A DNA stretch of 64,000 nt from assembly GCF_003315205.1 (NCBI RefSeq), contig NZ_QNRR01000013.1, forward strand, positions 131,959 through 195,958, written 5' to 3'. Below, piece after piece: positions 49,286 through 57,662 of this stretch. Below the pieces are notes generated by a model that saw nothing but the letters and a program-made list of their open reading frames with translations, did no database searches and was not told the DNA's origin. Source of the stretch: Roseimicrobium gellanilyticum (lineage in GTDB: Bacteria; Verrucomicrobiota; Verrucomicrobiia; Verrucomicrobiales; Verrucomicrobiaceae). The first letter of the stretch is position 1. Every line of letters begins with the position of its first letter. A program made the translations under genes and the position numbers.

Positions 49286-52200
49286 ATGACCCTCATGACT
49301 TCTCCGCAACGCTGGATTGCGGTTGGTGCATGTCTTATCTGCACCAACGGGCTGGCGCATGCTGCGCAGGAAGTTCTCCCTCAAAAACTCGAGTACAACA
49401 AACACATCCGCCCCATCCTGGCAGACCGGTGTTTTCGCTGCCACGGAGCGGATGAACGGGCACGCAAGGCCAAGCTACGGCTCGATGATTTCGACCAAGC
49501 CGTTTCAGCGAAGGCCCTGATTCCGGGAGACGCGGAGCACAGCGCGCTGGTGCAGCGCATCCTCACCGCGGACCAGGAGGATGTGATGCCTCCGCCGGAC
49601 TCTCACCTGTCCCTGAGCGCGGACGAAAAGGCACTGTTGAAACGCTGGGTCGAGGAAGGGGCTGCGTATCAAAAGCACTGGGCATTCATACCGCCGGTGA
49701 TGCCTGCAGTGCCCCAGGTTTCCCATGAGGGGACACAGCCGGAGAACCCGATCGATGCCTTTGTTCTCGCCAACCTGAAGGCACACGGACTCAAGGCAGC
49801 GCCACCCGCAGAGCGTGCGGCGTGGCTGCGCCGCGTCACGTTTGCATTGACGGGTCTGCCACCCAGCACCGCAGAGCTGGAGGCATTCTTCGCAGACACG
49901 TCGCCGGTAGCACGTGAGAAGGTGGTGGATCGTCTTCTGGATGCGCCAGCCTATGGGGAGCATTTTGGAAAACAGTGGATGGATGCCGCCCGCTACGCGG
50001 ACAGCTATGGGCGCCACGAAGATGGCGACATGATCGCATGGCCGTGGCGTGACTGGGTGATTCACGCCTTCAACTCCAATCTGCCCTACAATCGTTTCGT
50101 CGAATGGCAGACGGCGGGAGATCTTTTGCCCGGAGCCACCGTGGAGCAGCGTGTGGCCACCGCCTTCAACCGCTTCTCCCCGCAGTCCAACGAGAGCGGC
50201 AGTGACCCGCTGGAGTTTCGCCTCGACCAAGTGAGTGACCGCGTGCGAGTGAATGGCCTGGCATTCATGGGACTCACCATGGAGTGCGCGAAGTGCCACG
50301 ACCACAAGTACGATCCCATCTCCCAAAAGGAGTATTGGCAGATGGCCGCGATGTTCGACAACATCGAGGAAAATGGCGTCTACTCGCAGTACTGCCCGAA
50401 GGCCGTGCCCTCGCCGTCCATCCTGCTGCCAAACCAGGCGGAACAACTGCGCCTCGGTGCCTTGCAATGGCAGATCGCAGCAGTGGAACGTGAGCTCGAT
50501 GACATCAAAAAGCGCGTGCGCCCCCAGTACGATGCGTGGATCGCCGCGAATGGTGTGCCCGGAGAGCTGACCCCCGGCGCGTGGAACCGGGTAAAAGGCT
50601 GGTTCGGTGGGGGTGATATCGCTCCCTACAAGCCGCAAGCCAAGGGGCGCTTCCTCTTCGATGACGCGAAACCCAAGGGCGGCAAGGACGTGGTCAACAA
50701 CGCGAACAAGAAGAAGCCCGGTCGTGAGCGTGCCAAATTGGAGTCCATCGAAGGACCCCCAGGACGGGGGCGCGCGGTGCTGCTGAAGGGGGATGACGAA
50801 ATCACCTTCCCGGGGCTCGGCGAGTATCACAAGCACGACCGCTTCAGCTTTGCTCTCTGGATGCAACCGCGGGAACATCGCGACCGCGCGGTGGTGATCT
50901 CCTGGTCACGCGGCGGACTGGATGATGGCCGTGGATATGAAGTGCTGCTGGAGAATGAAGTGCCCTCCTTCGCCCTGATGCATTTCCATCCCGGCAATGA
51001 GATCCGCATCCGCGCCAAGTCACCGCTGCCGCTGAATCAATGGACCCATTTCGCGGTGAGCTATGATGGCAGCAGCCGCGCCTCGGGCCTGAAGATGTGG
51101 ATCAACGGTGAGCCTGTGGCCAGCGAGACCGTGCAAGATCATTTGCAGAAGGACATCGCCCGGCGTGAGGAGTGGGGCGACATCGATCGCGATGCCATCT
51201 TCTTCGCGCTGGGCGGGCGGTTCCACGATTCACCGCTCAAGAACTGTGCCGTAGATGAGTTCCATGTCTTCAGCCGCTCCCTGAGCGATGGCGAAACCAG
51301 ACATCTCGCCGGGCTGCATGCGACCGCCGATGACTGGTATGACTGGTGGCTGCAAACGAAGTGCCAGGAGTGGAAGGACATGGCGCACTCGGCCATGCTT
51401 CTGCGGAAAAAACTCACCGCCACCACGAATGACGTGCTGGAGATGATGGTAATGCAGGAGCGGCCTGCACTGCGGCCAAGCTTTGTCCGCGTGCGTGGTG
51501 ACTACCGGCAGCCTTCCGCTGAGGTGAAGCCGGGAATGCCGGAGGCCGTGCTCCCCTTCCCGGACAAACTGCCGCGCAACCGTCTGGGTCTCGCCCAGTG
51601 GCTCACCAGTTCCGAGCACCCGCTGACCAGTCGCGTGGCGGTGAACCGGCTGTGGCAGACTGTGTTTGGCCGTGGGCTCGTGGGGACACCAGAGGACTTC
51701 GGCACGCGTGGCGAACTGCCCACCCATCCTGAACTGCTGGACTGGCTGGCCTGCACCTTCACCCAACACGGATGGGACGTGAAGCGCATGGTACGTCTCA
51801 TGGTGCTGAGCGAAACGTTTGGACAGAGCATACGCCCTGAAAACGCGGCCACCCTTTCCCAGGACCCGGAAAACAAACTGCTGGCGCGTGGCCCACACGT
51901 GCGACTGACCGCGGAAGAACTGCGCGACCAGGCGCTCGCGACCTGTGGTCTGCTCAATCCCAAAATAGGCGGTCCCAGCGCGCGTCCGTATGTGCCGGAA
52001 CATTTCTATCAGGAGTCCGGTCTCCAGCAGAGCTACAAGACGGATACAGGGGGGAACCTGTACCGCCGCAGCCTCTACACCTTCTGGCGCCGCACCCTGC
52101 CACCACCGGATCTCGCCGCGTTCGATGCGCCTTCACGCGAGTTCTGCGTGGTGCGTCGTGAGCAGACCACCTCCCCAGCCCAGGCACTCATGCTGCTGAA

Positions 52201-52519
52201 CAACACGCAGTATGTGGAAGCTCAGCGCGTCCTCGCGGAGCGACTGGTAAACGAACATCGCGATGACTCGCAAGCACGCTGCGTGGAAGCGTTCCGCCTT
52301 TTCACGTCACGCGAGCCCACCGGGGCGGAGACCACGGCCATGATGCATCTGCTGGAAGTGGAACTGGAATTTTTCCATGCAAACCCAACCGAAGCCTCCA
52401 CCCTGCTGCACAGCAATGGGCAGGCTCCGGTGAAACAAAACCTGCCTCCCGATGAGGTGGCCGCCACCACACTGCTGGTACGCGCGCTCATGAGTCACGA
52501 CGAATCCCTGCACCGTTGA
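49286..52519 (+). CDS. PSCyt (planctomycete cytochrome-c-like) + DUF1549 + LamG-like + DUF1553 multidomain protein.
   Basis: Signal peptide. CFRCHG haem-binding-like motif. DUF1549 region (…RRVTFALTGLPPS…). ECAKCHDHKYDP is the DUF1553 hallmark. Central concanavalin/LamG-like segment. Confidence 0.85.
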   Translation: MTLMTSPQRWIAVGACLICTNGLAHAAQEVLPQKLEYNKHIRPILADRCFRCHGADERARKAKLRLDDFDQAVSAKALIPGDAEHSALVQRILTADQEDVMPPPDSHLSLSADEKALLKRWVEEGAAYQKHWAFIPPVMPAVPQVSHEGTQPENPIDAFVLANLKAHGLKAAPPAERAAWLRRVTFALTGLPPSTAELEAFFADTSPVAREKVVDRLLDAPAYGEHFGKQWMDAARYADSYGRHEDGDMIAWPWRDWVIHAFNSNLPYNRFVEWQTAGDLLPGATVEQRVATAFNRFSPQSNESGSDPLEFRLDQVSDRVRVNGLAFMGLTMECAKCHDHKYDPISQKEYWQMAAMFDNIEENGVYSQYCPKAVPSPSILLPNQAEQLRLGALQWQIAAVERELDDIKKRVRPQYDAWIAANGVPGELTPGAWNRVKGWFGGGDIAPYKPQAKGRFLFDDAKPKGGKDVVNNANKKKPGRERAKLESIEGPPGRGRAVLLKGDDEITFPGLGEYHKHDRFSFALWMQPREHRDRAVVISWSRGGLDDGRGYEVLLENEVPSFALMHFHPGNEIRIRAKSPLPLNQWTHFAVSYDGSSRASGLKMWINGEPVASETVQDHLQKDIARREEWGDIDRDAIFFALGGRFHDSPLKNCAVDEFHVFSRSLSDGETRHLAGLHATADDWYDWWLQTKCQEWKDMAHSAMLLRKKLTATTNDVLEMMVMQERPALRPSFVRVRGDYRQPSAEVKPGMPEAVLPFPDKLPRNRLGLAQWLTSSEHPLTSRVAVNRLWQTVFGRGLVGTPEDFGTRGELPTHPELLDWLACTFTQHGWDVKRMVRLMVLSETFGQSIRPENAATLSQDPENKLLARGPHVRLTAEELRDQALATCGLLNPKIGGPSARPYVPEHFYQESGLQQSYKTDTGGNLYRRSLYTFWRRTLPPPDLAAFDAPSREFCVVRREQTTSPAQALMLLNNTQYVEAQRVLAERLVNEHRDDSQARCVEAFRLFTSREPTGAETTAMMHLLEVELEFFHANPTEASTLLHSNGQAPVKQNLPPDEVAATTLLVRALMSHDESLHR

Positions 52520-52523
52520 TCCC

Positions 52524-53993
52524 ATGATTGGCTCCCACACCACACGTCGCCAGCTTCTCAGCCGTCTGGGCCTGGGGTTCGGCGGCATGGCATTTTCCAG
52601 CCTGCTCGCGGGGAATGCGTCTTCCCATGACAATCTTGCAGCGATGCCTGCGGGCAACGCACTGCCAGGGCTCCCGCATTTCGCCCCCCAGGCGAAGCGC
52701 GTCATCTTCCTTTTCATGAGCGGTGGGCCGTCCCATGTGGACAGCTTCGATTACAAGCCTGAGTTGCAGAAGCTGCAGGGACAGAGTCTGCCAGATTCCT
52801 TCCGCAAGGGCCGCCAGTCACTGCCCGGCATGTCGGGAAACCAAACGCTCTTCCAGCTGAAAGGTTCCTCCCATCCCTTCACCCGCTGCGGACAGAGCGG
52901 TGCCTGGGTGAGCAATGCGTTTCCGCACATCGCGCGCGTGGCGGATGAGTTGTGCTTTGTGAAGTCGATGGTCTCGGAGTCGGTGAATCACGATCCAGCC
53001 ATCACCTTCATCCAGACAGGCTCCCCCATCGCGGGGCGTCCCAGCGCAGGCTCATGGATCCAGTACGGGCTCGGTCGCGAGAATGAAAACCTGCCTGCCT
53101 TCATTGTGCTCATCTCCCGGAGGTCTGTGGACCAGCCCTTGAGCAGCAAACTGTGGGGCAGTGGCTTCCTTCCTGCGAGATACGATGGTGTGCAGCTTCG
53201 TGCCTCCAAAGACCCTGTACTCTACCTGAGCGACCCTCCCGGCATCCCTCGTGAAGCGAACCGGCGCATGCTGGATGGCCTGAAAGAACTGCAGTCCGTA
53301 CAACCGGGCACAGCGGTGAGTGCGGATGCGGATGCGCGCTGGGAATCCTACGAGATGGCCTTCCGCATGCAGACGGCCATTCCAGACGTGATGGACCTGA
53401 GCAAGGAGCAGTCCCATGTCTTTGATTTGTACGGTCCTGACTCACGCACCCCGGGCACCTTCGCAGCAAACTGTCTGCAGGCGCGCCGACTGGCGGAGAG
53501 AGGAGTGCGCTTCATCCAGCTCTTCCATCCGGGATGGGACCAGCACAGCAACATGGAACAGGACTTCCCCATCAGTTCCCGTGAAGTGGACCAGGCCAGC
53601 GCCGCGCTCATCATGGATCTGAAGGAGCGTGGCATGCTCAAGGATACGCTGGTGGTATGGGGTGGCGAATTTGGCCGCACGCCCTACCTGCAGGGCCGTG
53701 TGGGCAAGGGGGACAAAGGAGGACGCGATCACCATCCGAACTGCTTCACCTTCTGGATGGCCGGAGGCGGCATCAAGCCTGGAATCACCCACGGAGAATC
53801 TGATGAACTCGGATATCATGTGGCACAAACTCCGGTGCACGTGCACGACTTCCATGCCACCATGCTTCACCTCCTGGGCATCAACCACGAACGCTTCACC
53901 TACCACTTCCAAGGCCGCGACTTCCGTCTCACTGATGTCTCCGGCACTGTCGTGAAGGACATTCTCAGCAAAGCCGCCAGTCACGGAGTCTGA
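52524..53993 (+). CDS. DUF1501 protein (sulfatase / alkaline-phosphatase superfamily) with a twin-arginine signal.
   Basis: TRRQLLSRLGLGFGG Tat motif. Canonical partner of DUF1549/DUF1553 genes. Confidence 0.85.
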   Translation: MIGSHTTRRQLLSRLGLGFGGMAFSSLLAGNASSHDNLAAMPAGNALPGLPHFAPQAKRVIFLFMSGGPSHVDSFDYKPELQKLQGQSLPDSFRKGRQSLPGMSGNQTLFQLKGSSHPFTRCGQSGAWVSNAFPHIARVADELCFVKSMVSESVNHDPAITFIQTGSPIAGRPSAGSWIQYGLGRENENLPAFIVLISRRSVDQPLSSKLWGSGFLPARYDGVQLRASKDPVLYLSDPPGIPREANRRMLDGLKELQSVQPGTAVSADADARWESYEMAFRMQTAIPDVMDLSKEQSHVFDLYGPDSRTPGTFAANCLQARRLAERGVRFIQLFHPGWDQHSNMEQDFPISSREVDQASAALIMDLKERGMLKDTLVVWGGEFGRTPYLQGRVGKGDKGGRDHHPNCFTFWMAGGGIKPGITHGESDELGYHVAQTPVHVHDFHATMLHLLGINHERFTYHFQGRDFRLTDVSGTVVKDILSKAASHGV

Positions 53994-54010
53994 CACATCG
54001 CACATCCTTC

Positions 54011-56041
54011 ATGGTGGAATCCTCCCTGTCCCCCCAACCGGCCGCACCCGCGGTTTCCCAGTCCACCTTGCCGGGCACGGTCCAGAAGCCGGCAACCTTC
54101 ATCGAGAGATTCCGGCTGGTCCTGGGCTGCCTTCTGGTCAGCCTGCCGGGTATCGCGCTTTTCCTGCTCATCCGTGAGCACCGTGTGAACATCCCCTTCC
54201 TCGATGACTGGATGTTTGTGCATATGTTCGAGAAGGACGCCCTGGGCACACTGACGGTGGCGGACTACTTCATGGTGCAGATGGAGCACCGCATGGCATT
54301 TGTGCGGGCGGTGATCATGGTGTTTCACAAGGTGTGGCCCACGGACTGGACCATGCAGATGTTCTTCTGCTGGTTTCTCCTTGTCCTCACCCAGGTGAAT
54401 GTGGGCGTCCTCATCAAGCGCACCTCGGGGAAGTCCTTCCTCACGTGGTGGCCCCTGCTCATGCTGGCAGCGCTCACCCTCTTCTCACCGGTGCAGTACC
54501 GCATCGTGCTCTGGGCGATGATGTTTCAGGTGGCCTGTCCGGCCTTCTTCCTGAGCACGGCGCTGGTGGCCGTCACTTCTCCGTGGCCACTGTGGCTGCG
54601 GTGGATCGTGGGTGTGCTGGCCGCAAGCTGCGCCACGCAGAGTTTCGCCTCCGGCATCCTTGTGTGGCTCCTGCCGCTGCCCATCGTCTGGTTCGGCGGT
54701 GTCATCCGCAATTCCCTAGCGCGGCACATTTTCGGCGCGCTGTGGCTGGTGGCCTTCGGCATCACCATGGTCCTCTACTTCCATGACCTGAAGAATGAGG
54801 TGGACTCCGCCTTCGCGTACAAGCAGCAGGATGGTCATGAAACGCTGAAGAGTGACCTAGCAGGATTCCTCAAGGAGCCTGGAAGGGCCGTCCCGTATGT
54901 GCTGCGTTTCCTTGGCGGGCATCTGGGGCGTGGCAGCAGTCTCAGCGTGATGCACGCGAGTTTTTATGCGGGCCTCATCTCCGTCCTCCTGTACACGGGT
55001 GCAATGGCGTACCTCCTGTGGCATTGGAAACGGTTGGACATCCGGGCGAAGCTTCTGCCCTGGCTGATGTTCGGCGCGTACTCCATCGCGACCGCCTGCC
55101 TCGTGGCGGTGGGACGCATGTGGGCGTCCACGAATGGAGACAATGCGATCGCCCCACGGTATGCCATTCATCCGGTTCCGCTGACCGTTTCGCTCATCGT
55201 GCTCACCTGGCTGATTGTGCGGGACTGGCAGAAGCAGCGCGAAACTCCTGTGCGCACCGTGAACCGCGCGATGCTGGCCATGGCGGTGGTGCTCTGCTGT
55301 GTGCAGGCGGCCTCCTGGGTGCATGGACAGCACCTCATGGAGATGTGGCAGTCCTCACGCCTGCGCGGCGCGGTCACCACGCGCTTCGTGAAAGTGATGC
55401 CCGAGATGGACAACGTGGTGCCGGTGAATCCCCACTACGCGATCCTTGCGGACAGGCTGGGCCTGCTGGACCCACCCCTGCTGAAGGATCGCCAGCTCAA
55501 CAATTTCCGCCTCGCGCCAAAGATGCTGAGCTCAAACACCGCGAGGTTCAAGAACATCGAGATTGGCATGGATGACGATGGGTTCTACGGCATCGCTGAA
55601 GGGTATGCGTGCCTGGCTTCACGAGAGCGTGTGGCGGACGGTGTCTTCCTCACGCGGCGTATTCCACGCGAGGGACGCTGGGAAATCTTCCACGTGGAGC
55701 AGGTCACGGGCATGCCGCTGTTCCTTGGTGAGATGTTCTTCAAGGACACACAGTTTGTGCATTTGCCAGGGCAAAGTGTGACGCAGGAGGTGCTGGCCGG
55801 GTTCTCAGGGCGCTTCCGATTGAATGAACTGCCTCCGGGGCTGCATGACATCATGGCCTGGGCATATGATTCCAAGAAAAACACCGTCTTTCCCATCGCG
55901 GGATTCTTCGAGTTGGATACCAGGGGCGCACACCCCAAGCTGAAGCGCTTGGGCACCAACCCGGCGGCGGTACATCTGAGCAAGTTCCTGGAGGGTGGGA
56001 AAAATCCACAGCCACAGTCACAGCCAGCGACGGAAGAGTAG
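54011..56041 (+). CDS. Polytopic membrane protein (GT-C-like architecture). Paralog of 46609-48396.
   Basis: Multi-TM N-terminal half with IPFLDDWMFV first-loop motif. Soluble C-terminal half. Confidence 0.65.
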   Translation: MVESSLSPQPAAPAVSQSTLPGTVQKPATFIERFRLVLGCLLVSLPGIALFLLIREHRVNIPFLDDWMFVHMFEKDALGTLTVADYFMVQMEHRMAFVRAVIMVFHKVWPTDWTMQMFFCWFLLVLTQVNVGVLIKRTSGKSFLTWWPLLMLAALTLFSPVQYRIVLWAMMFQVACPAFFLSTALVAVTSPWPLWLRWIVGVLAASCATQSFASGILVWLLPLPIVWFGGVIRNSLARHIFGALWLVAFGITMVLYFHDLKNEVDSAFAYKQQDGHETLKSDLAGFLKEPGRAVPYVLRFLGGHLGRGSSLSVMHASFYAGLISVLLYTGAMAYLLWHWKRLDIRAKLLPWLMFGAYSIATACLVAVGRMWASTNGDNAIAPRYAIHPVPLTVSLIVLTWLIVRDWQKQRETPVRTVNRAMLAMAVVLCCVQAASWVHGQHLMEMWQSSRLRGAVTTRFVKVMPEMDNVVPVNPHYAILADRLGLLDPPLLKDRQLNNFRLAPKMLSSNTARFKNIEIGMDDDGFYGIAEGYACLASRERVADGVFLTRRIPREGRWEIFHVEQVTGMPLFLGEMFFKDTQFVHLPGQSVTQEVLAGFSGRFRLNELPPGLHDIMAWAYDSKKNTVFPIAGFFELDTRGAHPKLKRLGTNPAAVHLSKFLEGGKNPQPQSQPATEE

Positions 56042-56262
56042 AAGGCAAATGGGGCTGCGAGAGGTCCGGCGGCGCGCAACTGCGCCTCGGTATCCGATGG
56101 AAGCGGCAAGCTGATGCCAACCTTTCCGCTCGTGCGCATCGAATGCTCCCCTCATGAGGAGTTATGGATGTCCGCCCAAAATGGCTGGTGGGCAGGAATA
56201 CCCGCCGGTCGATGTCCGGTCCGAAGGCCCGACTTCCTCAAAAGGCGCTTCCGCCCCGTGGT

Positions 56263-57513
56263 TCACTCTTCCCCACCTGTCGTCTCCACGGAGGCTTTCA
56301 GGCGGAAGCCTTGGACGCTGGTCTGACCCTCGTAGGAGTAGATGCGCTGCACGTCGCCAATCTTCATCAGCAGCCAGGGGGATGCGATGTTTTCACCGTT
56401 CTTGGTGTAGACGATGTCGTCCGCAACATAGACGCAGGAGTGGATGGCATTTCCCTGGGCATTGAGGAACATGAGCACATCGCCAAACTCAAAGGGAGCC
56501 TCGATGCGATTGTAGTTCTCCAGCACCGCAGCCGTCGCCAGGCGGGTGTCCAGATAGTACTCGCGGGGTTTGTAGTTGAAGAAATTGAGGGACGTCCAGT
56601 GGCAGTCCGGCATGCGGCCGAGGACGGCCAGTTCCATGGGCGGGTAGCCATAGAGGAATCGGCGGGCCAGCGAGGGCAGCAGTTGGATGACGTCCAGCTT
56701 GTTTTCGCCCTCGGTTTCCAGGGTAGAGCCGACCAGGGGCTCGATGTCCTTGTTTCGCTTGCGACCGCTCCAGTAGCGAACCACGCTTTTGAAGTCGGTG
56801 TTGTCATCCACGACCAGCTTGAGCATGAGAGACCGGGTGCGGGTCATGGTCTTGAAGAAGTCCTTCGCCTCGGCGTCCGTCTTCACATAGTTCAGCACAG
56901 CAGAGAGGTCGCTGAAGGCGAGCACCTCGCCACGCATGTAGGTGAATTTCTTGATCACCTCCCGGAGCTCTGGATTGAGACGGGACTGGCCCAGCCACTG
57001 GTCGACACTACCGCTGGTGATGAACACAGGGTTGAAGTAGAACTCGTTCTCCGGTGTCTTCGCCAGCTCGGCATAAATGACAGAGCGCTGGGCGGGAGTC
57101 ATGGCCGAAAGGTCCGGCAGCGGGGGGAAGACGGTGATTCTCCCGTCCTTGTTCACGCAGTTCTTGGCATCCAGCAGGTAGTCCTGAAGCGCCTGGGGAA
57201 GAGATGCGCGGGTGAATAGCGCTCTGAGGTCACCTTCCGTCGCGGCGGGGAATTCCCACTTGGTGACGGAGTTGGGCATGGGGAAATGCTCAATGAGGCT
57301 CTGGGGTGCCTCGAGGTAGATATAATAATACTCAAGCTGCCCCCAAGGGCCTGGGTTGCAATGATAGACCTTTCCGAACATCTCTGAGCTTGAGTTCCCT
57401 TCTGGCAATGGCGTACCTGCCTGAGCCGGACTCGATGCCTGGGGCAGCAGCAAACCGGCAACAGTACCGGCGAAGAGAGCGAGAAGACGGTGCGAAAGGG
57501 AACGGGGCATCAT
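56263..57513 (-). CDS. Secreted protein with a C-terminal papain-like (NlpC/P60-type Cys…His) region.
   Basis: Signal peptide. …MPDCHW… (candidate Cys) about 45 aa before GDVLMFLNAQGNAIHSCVYVADDIVYTKNG, which resembles the His-region of NlpC/P60. Confidence 0.5.
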   Translation of the reverse strand: MMPRSLSHRLLALFAGTVAGLLLPQASSPAQAGTPLPEGNSSSEMFGKVYHCNPGPWGQLEYYYIYLEAPQSLIEHFPMPNSVTKWEFPAATEGDLRALFTRASLPQALQDYLLDAKNCVNKDGRITVFPPLPDLSAMTPAQRSVIYAELAKTPENEFYFNPVFITSGSVDQWLGQSRLNPELREVIKKFTYMRGEVLAFSDLSAVLNYVKTDAEAKDFFKTMTRTRSLMLKLVVDDNTDFKSVVRYWSGRKRNKDIEPLVGSTLETEGENKLDVIQLLPSLARRFLYGYPPMELAVLGRMPDCHWTSLNFFNYKPREYYLDTRLATAAVLENYNRIEAPFEFGDVLMFLNAQGNAIHSCVYVADDIVYTKNGENIASPWLLMKIGDVQRIYSYEGQTSVQGFRLKASVETTGGEE

Positions 57514-57662
57514 TGAGAGGTGCGGAAACGGGGGGCGGTACTGGTGTGAAACGGATGGCCTTTGTCAATCATAGGCTCTCCGGCGTTGAATTCTGCTTTT
57601 CGTGCAGCAGAAGATTGTCATTCTCCGGCAAATACGCTCTAATCGCGACCTTGATTCTAAAA

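Noticed and set aside
56164-57219. 351-aa + strand ORF overlapping the secreted papain-like protein gene.
   Set aside because: The minus-strand ORF has a signal peptide and a normal amino-acid composition (K, Y, N, F). The + strand frame is a V/G/H/R-rich antisense artefact.
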